64,000 nt of DNA from Thermoanaerobaculia bacterium (GTDB taxonomy: Bacteria > Acidobacteriota > Thermoanaerobaculia > Multivoradales > Multivoraceae), in NCBI GenBank assembly GCA_965116145.1, contig OZ220482.1, positions 1,089,450-1,153,449 of the forward strand, in the 5' to 3' direction. Below the pieces are notes generated by a model that was given only the letters and a program-made list of their open reading frames with translations, did no database searches and had not been told where the DNA came from. The position numbers were made by a program, and so were the translations under genes. Shown here piece after piece: positions 9,938-19,345 of this stretch; position 1 is the first letter of the stretch, and the number at the start of each line of letters is the position of its first letter.

Positions 9938-10043
9938 CAAGGCGGTCCGGCCCGCCAGGAGCCTGCGCCGCGGAACGCAGCACAGCAGGTTCGTCGATGC
10001 CAGGTGATGGGGTGGTGAGGCGGGGCCGGGGCCCGACCTGGAG

Positions 10044-11045
10044 TCAGCGACGGGTTCGGCGGCTCTGCTCCAGCTCCAGCGCGGCGTAGAGCTCCCGCAC
10101 CTTGGTCCGCACCCGATCGCCGTTCTCGGGCCCCAGCCGCAGAAGCAGCTTCTGCGCCGGCTCGAGTTCCTCGAGCGCCGGATCGACGTACTCGAAGCTG
10201 ATGACGCGAAGGCGGAGTTCGGGCGGAGACTCCGGCATCGGCGTCGCCAGGAGCCGGGTGACCGCCCGTTCCAGCGTGTCGCCGAACTCGCCCGGATACC
10301 CGAGCTCGTCGTGCGCCCGCTCGAACAGCGGCTCGAGCTGCTGCCAGGCTCGTCCGGCGCCGGCCGCGTCGATCGATTCGAACACGTCGACCGCGAGATC
10401 GAAACGGCGGTAGCTGGTGTACGCCGGATAGAAGCGCTGGCCGCGCCGAACGACACTGAAGCCGTCATCCGGCCGCAACGGCTCCAGGCTGCCCTGGGGC
10501 GGCTCGTCGTAGGCAACGGCGCCGACCGCGCGGACGAAGCTGGTGACCAGCTCATCCGAGGCGAGCCAGACGAGCCATTCCGCGTGCCGGGACACGCCGC
10601 GGACCAGATCCCGGACCAGGGTGTCGCTCCCGAGCAGATCCGGCGCCGCGGGCGCCGTCGACGGCGGTTCGGCGGCGGCAGGCTCGGGCGCCGCGGCGGG
10701 GTCGGCGGGCACCGCATCGACAGCGGCGCCCGGGGGCTCCGCGCCGCCGGCGCCGCCGTTCGGGGGCGCCCCGCGGCTGGTGTACCACCACCACAGGACG
10801 ACCGCAGCGCCGACCAGGATCACGGTGGCGATGACGATCACCGCCATCGTGCCGGAACGGTCGGGACGTTCGCCCCCGGGGAGAGCGTCCGATTCCCGAT
10901 TCAACGCGATCGGCGGGTCGAAGACCGGACCGTCCGGCGCCCGTCCGGCCCTCTCCGGTTCGTGCTCTGCCGGCGGTCCCTCAGGCGACGGTTCCTCGGG
11001 CCGGCCTTCGCCGGTCGGGCGGACGTCCGTCGGTCTGTCGTTCAT
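10044..11045 (-). CDS. DUF3014 domain membrane-anchored protein
   Basis: One TM helix, a Pro/Ala linker, then SYRRFD...LEPLFERAHDELGYP...FEYVDPALEELEPAQKLLLRLGPEN. Confidence 0.85.
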   Translation of the reverse strand: MNDRPTDVRPTGEGRPEEPSPEGPPAEHEPERAGRAPDGPVFDPPIALNRESDALPGGERPDRSGTMAVIVIATVILVGAAVVLWWWYTSRGAPPNGGAGGAEPPGAAVDAVPADPAAAPEPAAAEPPSTAPAAPDLLGSDTLVRDLVRGVSRHAEWLVWLASDELVTSFVRAVGAVAYDEPPQGSLEPLRPDDGFSVVRRGQRFYPAYTSYRRFDLAVDVFESIDAAGAGRAWQQLEPLFERAHDELGYPGEFGDTLERAVTRLLATPMPESPPELRLRVISFEYVDPALEELEPAQKLLLRLGPENGDRVRTKVRELYAALELEQSRRTRR

Positions 11046-11118
11046 GAAGACAGTGTAACCCGCGGCATCTGTCCGTCATTCCGGCGCCGCCGCGCCGCGC
11101 TGCCCGGCGTCGTGCCGA

Positions 11119-12312
11119 TCAGGCGGCGAGAGCCCGGTTCGGCCGGATGCCGCGCAGCACGTCGATGCCCTCGGTCAGACCGTCGATGGTCAGCTCGAAC
11201 ATCGGGAACACCTGCCGGATCAGGTGGATGGTCGGTGCGTTCCAGATCCGGCGCGGCTCCGGGTTGAGCCAGATCGAGTTCGGGCAGCGGTCGCGGAACC
11301 TGCGAAGCCAGTCGAGGCCGGTGACCTGGTTCGAGTGGTAGTAGTCGATCGCGCCGCCGGTGTGGGTCAGCTCGTACGGACTCATCCAGGCGTCTCCGAC
11401 CAGGCAGACGGACCAGGTGTGGTCCAGACGCTTCAGGACGCGGGACGTCGGCTCGCCCTTCCAGCGGCTGATGTCCGTGTACAGGTTCTCGTAGACGCAG
11501 TTGTGGAAGAACCTGAACTCGAACTTCTTGAAGTGGTTCGCCTTGTGCGCGGCGGAAAACAGCCGTTCGCAGAGCAGTGTGTGCGGGTCCATCGAACCGC
11601 CGACGTCGATCAGCAGCAGCAGCTTGATCCGGTTGCGCTTCGGCGGCCGGAACACGAGATCGATCTCGCCGGCATTGCGGGCGCTGCTGTCGATCGTCTC
11701 GTCGATGTCGAGTTCCTCGGGCCCCTCGTCCTTGTCCAGCTTGCGCAGACGGCGCAGCGCCAGGCCGATCTGGCGGGTGTCCAGGATGCGGTCCGAGCGC
11801 AGGTTGCGGAAGCGCCGGTCGGTCGCCACCTGCACCGCCGACCGGCCGCCGCCGGCGCCGCCGATCCGAACCCCCGTCGGGTGCTCGCCGCCGTGGCCGA
11901 AGGGCGACGTGCCGCCCGTCCCGATCCAGCGGTTGCCGCCGTCGTGGCGTTCCTTCTGTTCGTCGAGCAGCTCCTTGAAGCGCTCGCGGAGCTCGTCGAG
12001 ATCGAGGGCCTCGAGCTTCGCCCGCTCCTCTTCGGTCAGCTCCCGCGGCAGCTCCGGCTTCGACAGCCACTCCAGCAGCTCGTCGCTGATCTCGAAGTGG
12101 TTCTCGACCCCCATGAAGAAGGCGGCGAAGGCGCGGTCGTAGTTGTCGAAGTCCGCCTCCCGCTTGACCATCAGGCAGCGGGCCAGGTTGTAGAAGACGT
12201 GCAGGTCCGCCCGGCTGTGACCGGTGGCCAGAGCCTTCATCAGGGACAGCCACTCGGTGATCGTCACCTTCAGGCCGTAGCCCCTCAGATGGTAGAAGAA
12301 GTCGACGAACAT
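11119..12312 (-). CDS. VWA domain protein (CoxE-like MoxR partner)
   Basis: HDGGNRWIGTGGTSPFG, LLIDVGGSMDPH (MIDAS-like), VGDAWMSPYEL and WLNP motifs. Confidence 0.9.
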   Translation of the reverse strand: MFVDFFYHLRGYGLKVTITEWLSLMKALATGHSRADLHVFYNLARCLMVKREADFDNYDRAFAAFFMGVENHFEISDELLEWLSKPELPRELTEEERAKLEALDLDELRERFKELLDEQKERHDGGNRWIGTGGTSPFGHGGEHPTGVRIGGAGGGRSAVQVATDRRFRNLRSDRILDTRQIGLALRRLRKLDKDEGPEELDIDETIDSSARNAGEIDLVFRPPKRNRIKLLLLIDVGGSMDPHTLLCERLFSAAHKANHFKKFEFRFFHNCVYENLYTDISRWKGEPTSRVLKRLDHTWSVCLVGDAWMSPYELTHTGGAIDYYHSNQVTGLDWLRRFRDRCPNSIWLNPEPRRIWNAPTIHLIRQVFPMFELTIDGLTEGIDVLRGIRPNRALAA

Positions 12313-12335
12313 CGGTTCGGTCCGTAAACCCCGAG

Positions 12336-13166
12336 TCAGTTGACCCGTCCGCGGCGATGAGCGGCCATGACCGCTTCCATGTCGTTCTCGCGCTTCATCA
12401 GAACGCCCAGGAAGGGCAGCTCGCTCTCGATCGAATCGGTGCTCACCCCGCCGCGGCGGAGCGCCGCGATCCAGTCGATCAGTTCACTGGTCGAGGGCTT
12501 CTTGCGGAGCTCGGGCAGGTCGCGCAGCCAGTAGAAGCGCAGCAGCACCTGGCGCAGAAGCTCGGCCTCCACATCCGGGTGATGCACCCGGATGATGTCC
12601 TCCATTTCCGTCTTGTCCGGGAAGGCGATGTAGTGGAAGACGCAGCGGCGAAGGAAGGCGTCCGGCAGTTCCTTCTCGTTGTTCGAGGTGATGACGACGA
12701 TCGGCCGGAACTTCGCCGAATGCCGAGTGCCCGTCTCGTGGACGAAGAAGCTCATCCGGTCGAGTTCATGCAGCAGGTCGTTCGGGAACTCCATGTCCGC
12801 CTTGTCGATCTCGTCGATCAGCAGGACCACGCGCTGATCCTTCAGGAAGGACTCGCCCAGGGGACCGAACTTGATGTACTGCGAGATGTCGCCGATGTCC
12901 CGGTCGCCGAAGCGGGCGTCGTTCAGTCGCTGCACCGTGTCGTACACGTACAGGCCTTCCTGGGCCTTGCTGGTCGACTTGATGTTCCAGGTCAGGAGCT
13001 CCATCACCAGGTTCTCGGCGATGGCCTCCGCCAGCACCGTCTTGCCGGTGCCGGGCTCGCCCCGCACCAGCAGCGGCTTCTCGAGTGCCGACGCGACATT
13101 CACCGAGTCCCTGAGTTCGGGCGATGCAAGGTAGGTGTCGGTCCCTGAAAAGGCGTGAAATGACAT
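12336..13166 (-). CDS. MoxR family AAA+ ATPase
   Basis: GEPGTGKT Walker A, LLIDEIDKAD Walker B, TSNNEKELPDAFLRRC. Start taken at MSFHAF. Confidence 0.93.
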   Translation of the reverse strand: MSFHAFSGTDTYLASPELRDSVNVASALEKPLLVRGEPGTGKTVLAEAIAENLVMELLTWNIKSTSKAQEGLYVYDTVQRLNDARFGDRDIGDISQYIKFGPLGESFLKDQRVVLLIDEIDKADMEFPNDLLHELDRMSFFVHETGTRHSAKFRPIVVITSNNEKELPDAFLRRCVFHYIAFPDKTEMEDIIRVHHPDVEAELLRQVLLRFYWLRDLPELRKKPSTSELIDWIAALRRGGVSTDSIESELPFLGVLMKRENDMEAVMAAHRRGRVN

Positions 13167-13310
13167 TCTGACCCTCTTGTCCTCCGGCGCGGCCGGTGTC
13201 CCCTCCAGCTTGATTGCAGGCAGCCGGCAGTGTAACAGACCGACCGGTCGGTAGAGCGCCGCCCGTAGACTCGCCCGGAAGCTGCCCGGAAACCGACTCT
13301 GGAGACACGG

Positions 13311-14105
13311 ATGAACCAGGTACAGCAGCTCGAAGGTCTGATCGAAGAGGCCTCTCGTATCGTCGCCTTCACCGGCGCGGGGATCAGCACCGAGTCCGGC
13401 ATTCCCGACTTCCGGAGCCCGGGCGGGGTCTGGACGAAGTACCGGCCGATCGACTTCGGCGAATTCATGGCCTCCGAAGAGGCGCGGCGCGAGTCCTGGC
13501 GCCGCAAGATCGGCAGCGACCGCACGATCGGGCAGGCGACGCCGAACCGCGGTCACCTGGCGCTCGCCGAACTCCGCCGCCGCGGCAAGCTGCGCGCCGT
13601 GATCACCCAGAACGTGGACGGCCTGCACCAGCAGTCGGGGATCCCGGAGAACGAGGTCATCGAGCTCCACGGCAACGCGACCTACGCCGCGTGCCTCGAC
13701 TGCCGGCAGCGCTACGAGCTGGAGCCGATCGTGGCCGCCTTCAGGGAGCGGGACGAGCTGCCGATCTGCCGACGGCAGAAACTGGACGGCGGCGTCTGCA
13801 ACGGCATCGTCAAGACCGCAACGATCTCCTTCGGCCAGGCGATGCCCGAGGCGGCGATGCGGCGCGCCCGCCAGGCGACCCTCGCGGCCGACCTGTTTCT
13901 CGCCATCGGCAGCTCCCTGGTCGTCTATCCGGCTGCCGGCTTCCCGGAGCTGGCAAGGCAGGCCGGCGCCCGGCTCGTCATCCTGAACCGCGAAGCCACC
14001 GATCTCGACGGCATCGCCGATCTCGTCCTGCACGCCGAGATCGGCCCCACCCTGGGCTCCATCACCGGTGTCTCCGGGACCGACAAGCGGGAGGCTCGCC
14101 GATAA
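13311..14105 (+). CDS. cobB: NAD-dependent protein deacylase (sirtuin)
   Basis: FTGAGISTESGIPDFRS, TQNVDGLH, HG, Zn-binding Cys residues, GSSLVVYPAA. Confidence 0.95.
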   Translation: MNQVQQLEGLIEEASRIVAFTGAGISTESGIPDFRSPGGVWTKYRPIDFGEFMASEEARRESWRRKIGSDRTIGQATPNRGHLALAELRRRGKLRAVITQNVDGLHQQSGIPENEVIELHGNATYAACLDCRQRYELEPIVAAFRERDELPICRRQKLDGGVCNGIVKTATISFGQAMPEAAMRRARQATLAADLFLAIGSSLVVYPAAGFPELARQAGARLVILNREATDLDGIADLVLHAEIGPTLGSITGVSGTDKREARR

Positions 14106-14129
14106 GTTGATACGTTCTCCCTCATGTAC

Positions 14130-14158
14130 TTGACATCTGCGTGAGTTGCGCTAATAAT
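14130..14158 (+). promoter_or_regulatory. Sigma70-type promoter of hsp20
   Basis: TTGACA-17 bp-AATAAT in an AT-rich intergenic stretch, overlapped by the imperfect inverted repeat CTTGACAT...ATCTCAAG. Confidence 0.65.
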
Positions 14159-14241
14159 CTCAAGTCGTCGGCAGCAGAAGTCAGCAGCCGACGCAACGGA
14201 ACGAGCAACTCACACACCGACACACAAGGAGGGAGAACATC

Positions 14242-14709
14242 ATGACCCGCAGTCTGATCCGTCACACCCCGCTCCGCCGCCCCCTGTTCGGGGCCTTCGA
14301 GCCGCTCCTCGGGAGCGCGATCCTCGACGACCTCTTCTCGCCCGTCCTGGGCCGGTTCGCCGGGCACGACGGCGCCGAGTCCACGCCGATGACCTGGTGG
14401 CCCGCCGCGGACCTCACGCAGACCGACGACGCCTACACCCTGGCCGTCGACCTCCCCGGTCTGACGAAGGCCGACATCGACCTCACGGTCGAGGATCACA
14501 CCCTCACCCTCTCCGGTGAGCGTCAGGCGAATCGGGAGGGCGCCACCGCCGGCCGCGTCGAGCGCGCCCACGGTCGCTTCGTCCGGCGCTTCAACCTGCC
14601 GGGCGATGCCGACGTCTCGGCGGTGAGCGCCGAGTTCGAGAACGGGGTGCTCGACATCACCGTTCCCAAGGCCGAGGAAGCGAAGGCGAGGAAGATCGCC
14701 GTCGCCTGA
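14242..14709 (+). CDS. Hsp20/alpha-crystallin small heat shock protein
   Basis: VDLPG, LTLSGER, ERAHGRFVRRFNLP, AEFENGVLDITVPK and terminal IAV motif; strong RBS. Confidence 0.95.
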   Translation: MTRSLIRHTPLRRPLFGAFEPLLGSAILDDLFSPVLGRFAGHDGAESTPMTWWPAADLTQTDDAYTLAVDLPGLTKADIDLTVEDHTLTLSGERQANREGATAGRVERAHGRFVRRFNLPGDADVSAVSAEFENGVLDITVPKAEEAKARKIAVA

Positions 14710-14735
14710 TCCGGCCTCTCGGGAGAGACCACTGC

Positions 14736-14765
14736 AAGGGCCCTGCTTCGGCAGGGCCCTTCCTT
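14736..14765 (+). terminator. Intrinsic terminator after hsp20
   Basis: AAGGGCCCTGC-TTCG-GCAGGGCCCTT hairpin with a UUCG loop and a T-rich tail. Confidence 0.8.
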
Positions 14766-14916
14766 GTTGTCCGGCACCAGCGACGGGTGCGGCTCTGCCC
14801 CGCCCGGTCATGCCGGCAGGCAGGCTGGCGGTAGCCGGTCTACGGCGTGCAGGCGTCCGGGAAGGTGGTCACGTCGGCGAGGGTGCGGCCGCCGGCAGTG
14901 TGGGTGTACCGCCAAG

Positions 14917-15189
14917 GCCGGCAAGGCGCGATGAAAGAGCACATTGGGGCATATGTGAGCGAAGAGCAACGCAGCCGGGCGGGATGCATGACTGAAACGA
15001 ATGCAACGCGACTTCTGCGACGGGCTGCTAGCAGTCCGTGGCAGAAGTGCGTGTCGCACCGAGAGCGGTCAGGCGCCCGTCCGGCAAGGCGCGATGAGTG
15101 AGCATACTGGGAGTATGTGAGCGAAGAGCAACGCAGCCGGGCGGGATGCATGGCCGATCGAATGCAGCGCGACTTCTGCCACGGACTGC
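14917..15189. mobile_element. Two head-to-tail MITE copies (5'-truncated 14917-15028 and complete 15031-15189)
   Basis: The complete copy is flanked by TA on both sides (CTAGCAGTCC...GGACTGCTAG). The two copies share the TA at 15029-15030. Confidence 0.85.
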
Positions 15190-15260
15190 TAGACTGCCGG
15201 CCCGGCTGACGATGCCGTAGCCGCGACCGAACCTGCGGCCCCTGTTTGTCCTCCACCAGC

Positions 15261-17060
15261 ATGACCGAGACGAACGATCACGCGCTCGCTCAGGAGGCCG
15301 GGGTGCCGCGCGCCGGGGCGGCGCCGACGGCCACGGATGAAGCTGCGGCTGATACCGTGGCGGACAACCTGGTCGTGACCGCGCTCGAGAAGGCAACGGA
15401 CGCCGAGGAGCCGGAGCTCGAGCCCCGGCACATCGGCGAGGTCACAGCAGCAGATGAGTCCGCCGCCGGGAATGCGGCCGGCGCCGAGCATCCCGCTGAC
15501 TCGGAGCCAGGGACGAAGACGATCGCCGCCGTCGAGAGCGGGGACGAAGGCGAAGCAGACACGAAGCCCGAAGCCGAGACAGCGCCGGACACGGAGATCG
15601 CGCCGGCCGTCGAGTCGACCGTCGAGAGCACGGCCGGCAGCGAGGTCGACGCGGACCCGGAGGTGGAGGTCGAAGTGACGCCAGCCACCGAGGTCGGGAC
15701 GGTGCCCGAAGCGACATTAGCGGTCGGGATCGAAACGGAACCGGAGATCGAGGCGAAGTCAGGAATCGAGGAGGAACCCGCCGCCGGAACCGTGCCGACC
15801 CCCGGCGCGGAAGCCGCACGGGACGGCGAGGACATCGAGTCGGCAAACGCGGGGGCGCCCGCCATCGAGGCCGAAGCGGAACCTGCGCCGGAGATCCCGA
15901 TGGCCCCGTCGGCCGTTCCCTTCGCCGCCGCGCTCGAGGCCGGGAACCCCGTCGAGGGCAAGGTCATCGGCTGGAACAAGGGCGGCTTCCATGTCGCCTC
16001 CGGCGGCGTCGCGACGTTCTGTCCGCGCTCGCTGATGGAACTGGGCAACCGACCCGGACCGCCTGCCCACTACGTGAACAACACGTACGAGTTCCACGTG
16101 CTCGAGATCAAGGAGGCAGGGCGCCGCATCGTCCTGACCCGACGGCCTGCGATCCGCAGCGAGCGGCGACGGGTGCTGGACGACCTGCGCGCCCGGCAGG
16201 AATCCCGGGAGCCGGTGAGCGGCACCGTGACGTCGGTCACCGATTTCGGTGCGTTCGTCGATCTGGGCGGGGGCATGGGTGGACTCGTCCACCGCAGCCA
16301 GATCTCCCGCACCCAGGCCGGCGAGCCGGCCGATCTGGTCAAGGTGGGCCAGCGGATCGAAGCTCTCGTCACCAAGGTCGAGAAGAAGCGGGGCAAGCGC
16401 GGCGGACGCATCTCCCTGTCGATGAAGGCCCTCGAGGCGGATCCGTGGAAGGAGACAGCGAAGGGACTCACGGCCGGCGACAAGTTCAGGGGCAAGGTGG
16501 TCCGGCACTGCGAGTTCGGCCTCTTCGTCGAGCTGGTGCCTGGCCTGGACGGTCTGGTCCACACCTCGCAGCTCCCGATCGGCAAGTCGATGCGCGCGCC
16601 CGAGTTCGCCGTCGGCGAGGAGATCGAGGGCTGGATCGTCGAAGTCGCCCCCAGGCGCCGTCGGCTCGCGCTCACCTTGCGCGAGGCGCCGGCAAGCGAC
16701 CCGTGGCAGGACCTGGGTGAGCAGTACGCCGAAGGCGCCGAGGTCGAAGGCAGGGTCGAGCAGGTGTCACGCCACGGCGTCTTCGTCGAGCTTGAACCCG
16801 GGCTTGTCGGCCTCCTGCCGATGTCGGCGATCACGCTGCCCGAAGGCAACCAGGCCCAAAGGGCCTATCCGCCGGGCCGCGGCGTCAAGGTCGTGATCGA
16901 GAGCATAGACCGCAAGCGGCGCCGCCTCGGGCTGGCGCCTCCCGGATCGCGTCTGGTCGGCACGAAGTCGGACTACAAGCACTATCGCAAGCGCCAGAAG
17001 CAGTCGACCGGCCTGAATGCGATGGCCTCCGCGTTCGCCAGACTCCGGCAGACCAGGTAG
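15261..17060 (+). CDS. S1 RNA-binding domain protein (RpsA-like paralog) with long acidic N-terminal extension
   Basis: About four S1 repeats (GKVIGWNKGGF, GTVTSVTDFGAFVDLG..GLVHRSQI, FGLFVEL..GLDGLVH, GVFVEL) after ~220 aa rich in E/A/P/T. Confidence 0.88.
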   Translation: MTETNDHALAQEAGVPRAGAAPTATDEAAADTVADNLVVTALEKATDAEEPELEPRHIGEVTAADESAAGNAAGAEHPADSEPGTKTIAAVESGDEGEADTKPEAETAPDTEIAPAVESTVESTAGSEVDADPEVEVEVTPATEVGTVPEATLAVGIETEPEIEAKSGIEEEPAAGTVPTPGAEAARDGEDIESANAGAPAIEAEAEPAPEIPMAPSAVPFAAALEAGNPVEGKVIGWNKGGFHVASGGVATFCPRSLMELGNRPGPPAHYVNNTYEFHVLEIKEAGRRIVLTRRPAIRSERRRVLDDLRARQESREPVSGTVTSVTDFGAFVDLGGGMGGLVHRSQISRTQAGEPADLVKVGQRIEALVTKVEKKRGKRGGRISLSMKALEADPWKETAKGLTAGDKFRGKVVRHCEFGLFVELVPGLDGLVHTSQLPIGKSMRAPEFAVGEEIEGWIVEVAPRRRRLALTLREAPASDPWQDLGEQYAEGAEVEGRVEQVSRHGVFVELEPGLVGLLPMSAITLPEGNQAQRAYPPGRGVKVVIESIDRKRRRLGLAPPGSRLVGTKSDYKHYRKRQKQSTGLNAMASAFARLRQTR

Positions 17061-17066
17061 AGCCTC

Positions 17067-17408
17067 GTGTCCGACGACCTGATCTACCGCGTGACCTTCC
17101 TGAGCCAGGGCGAGATCTACGAGGTCTACGCCCGCTCGGTCTCCCAGGGCGGCCTGCTCGGCTTCGTCGAGATCGGAGAGCTGGTGTTCGGGGAGAGGAC
17201 CCAGGTCGTCGTCGATCCCTCCGAAGAGCGCCTGCAGCGCGAGTTCAAGGGAGTCCGGAGAACCTACCTGCCCATGCACTCGGTCCTGCGCATCGACCAG
17301 GTCACGAAGCAGGGAACGGCCCGGATCCGGGACGTCGAGCGCTCGGAGAGCCGAAAGGTGACGCCCTTCCCCATGCCGATCTACACCCCCGGTGGAGAGA
17401 CCACATGA
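17067..17408 (+). CDS. DUF1820 family protein
   Basis: IYRVTFLSQGEIYEVYAR...GFVEIGELVFGER..VVVDPSEERLQREF..V.RTYLPMHSVLRID. Confidence 0.85.
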   Translation: MSDDLIYRVTFLSQGEIYEVYARSVSQGGLLGFVEIGELVFGERTQVVVDPSEERLQREFKGVRRTYLPMHSVLRIDQVTKQGTARIRDVERSESRKVTPFPMPIYTPGGETT

Positions 17409-17986
17409 TCAGCCGCAGTCGCCGCTTCATCGCGTATTCACTGGCTTCACTGGCCGCCCTGGCAGCCGTGACCGCCTCGCCGACGCTCGGCGCCCAGGAC
17501 GACGCAATGCGGGTCGCCTCGATCGATGTCGAAGCCGTCGTCGCCGAAGCCCGCGAGGGCAGGAGACTCGCGGAATTCCTGAAGCAGATCGAGACGGAGA
17601 CACGAACGGGTCTCGAAGCCAACGCGGGCCAGATCGAGGCGCTGCGCCAGAGCGCGGCCGGCAAGGGACCGGACGAGCGGCGGAGCATCCAGCACAGAAT
17701 CGAGGACCTGCAGCGCGAGTCCCAGCGCCTCGCCAGCGACGCTGAACGCCGAGCGGCAAAGCGACAGGAAGAAACGCTGCAGCAGATCAACGAGCGCCTG
17801 CGTCCGATCGTCCAGCAGTTGATCGACGAGAACGGCTACGACCTGATCCTGAACGCCAGCATCGGCGGCGTGCTCCACGCGAGCGCCCGGGCCGACCTGA
17901 CCCGGCGGGTCATCGGCATGCTCAAGGCCCAGGAGGCCCAGGAGGGAGAGCAGAGCGGGTCGAGCCCGGAGCCTCCTCGGCCGTAG
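17405..17986 (+). CDS. skp: OmpH/Skp periplasmic chaperone
   Basis: Signal peptide, RVASIDVEAVV, coiled coil, GYDLILN...DLTRRVI. Confidence 0.85.
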   Translation: MISRSRRFIAYSLASLAALAAVTASPTLGAQDDAMRVASIDVEAVVAEAREGRRLAEFLKQIETETRTGLEANAGQIEALRQSAAGKGPDERRSIQHRIEDLQRESQRLASDAERRAAKRQEETLQQINERLRPIVQQLIDENGYDLILNASIGGVLHASARADLTRRVIGMLKAQEAQEGEQSGSSPEPPRP

Positions 17987-18025
17987 AGCGGGGAACACCC
18001 GGAAGGACGCCGGGCGGCCACGACG

Positions 18026-19345
18026 TCAAGGCGGCGGCGCAGGGCGCCCGCGATACCGCTCGTACGAGCGGCTGTGCCGGTTCGAGAGGTCGACGTCCCG
18101 GCCGCGGACGATCACGTGGCGCACCGCCGTGCGGACCTCCAGCGGGTCCCCGTCGGTGACGATCAGGTTCGCCCACTTGCCCCGCTCGATCGAGCCCAGG
18201 TAGGTGTCGAGTCCGAGCATCTCCGCCGCCCCCAGCGTCAGTGCACGGAGCGCAGCCTCCGGGTCGAGCCCGAACGCGACCGCGGTCGCCGCCTCGTAGG
18301 GAAGTACGCGGGCACTCGACGCATCGAACGTGCCGAACGCGATCCGGACGCCGGCGCGGTGGAGCTCGCCCGGCGCGGCGAAGGGGCCGTCATACGGGTC
18401 GTCCTCGTCGGCCGGCAACGCCTGAACCGAGCCGAGGATGACAGGCACCTGCTTCTCGGCCAGGAGCTTCGCCTCCTTCACCGCCTCACGCCCCGAGGCC
18501 AGGACCAGCCGCAGGCCATGCTCCTCCGCGAAGGCGACGGCGTCCCGAACGGCGCGGGCCCGATCGGCAACGACCAGGAGCGGCAACTCGCCCCGAGCCA
18601 CCCGAGCGACGGCCTCCAGGGCCTGATCGCGCTCCACCGCCACCGCATCGCCGGCGTTCGTGCGGGCGTGATCGTACTGCCGGGCCGCCTCGATCCAGTC
18701 GTCGAGTTCGTCCACCGTCCGGTCGTACTCCCGCTTCGCTTCCGAGAACTTCTTCTCGCGGACGCTGAACGTCGAGAAGTCGAACTCCCGGGTGGCCAGG
18801 TCCGGCCATTCGAGCACGACGCCGACGCTCTCCTCGACCACCATCTCCTCCACCGTCCAGCCGTCGAGGTGGACCACCGACGCCTGACCGGTCCAGGGTC
18901 CGCCGTCGGGGGCGGTCAGCACGTGCGTCGTACCGTTCGCCCTGGTCACCGGAATCAGCTCGCTGGCCGGATGCAGGCCTTCGATCGCCAGCAGATGCGG
19001 TGTGTCGCCCAGCTCCGCACGATCCAGCGTGGCCGAAATCGAGTCGATCTCGGTCAGCCCGAGGGCAGTCCAGGCATCGAACAGCCCGGGATAGACATGG
19101 AGGCCGCTGGCGTCGATGACGTCACCTTGCCGAGGCGCCGCAACCTCCGGGCCGGCGGCTTCGATCACGCCGTTGCGCACAACGACCGTGCCGACGTAGG
19201 GGGCGCCCGACACCGGATGCACGGTGCCGCCCGCGATCGCCAGCGTCTGGGCCGCCGCCGGCGCCGCGACGAGCGCCAGGACCGGGACCAGCACCCGCGC
19301 CAGCCGCCCTGCGGGCGCCGCGGCCAGGGCGCGCGGGCGGGTCAT
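18026..19345 (-). CDS. Secreted amidohydrolase family protein (metal ligands degenerate)
   Basis: IDASGLHVYPGLFDAWT and GSIERGKWANLIVTDGDPL motifs; translationally coupled to the upstream amidohydrolase. Confidence 0.88.
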   Translation of the reverse strand: MTRPRALAAAPAGRLARVLVPVLALVAAPAAAQTLAIAGGTVHPVSGAPYVGTVVVRNGVIEAAGPEVAAPRQGDVIDASGLHVYPGLFDAWTALGLTEIDSISATLDRAELGDTPHLLAIEGLHPASELIPVTRANGTTHVLTAPDGGPWTGQASVVHLDGWTVEEMVVEESVGVVLEWPDLATREFDFSTFSVREKKFSEAKREYDRTVDELDDWIEAARQYDHARTNAGDAVAVERDQALEAVARVARGELPLLVVADRARAVRDAVAFAEEHGLRLVLASGREAVKEAKLLAEKQVPVILGSVQALPADEDDPYDGPFAAPGELHRAGVRIAFGTFDASSARVLPYEAATAVAFGLDPEAALRALTLGAAEMLGLDTYLGSIERGKWANLIVTDGDPLEVRTAVRHVIVRGRDVDLSNRHSRSYERYRGRPAPPP

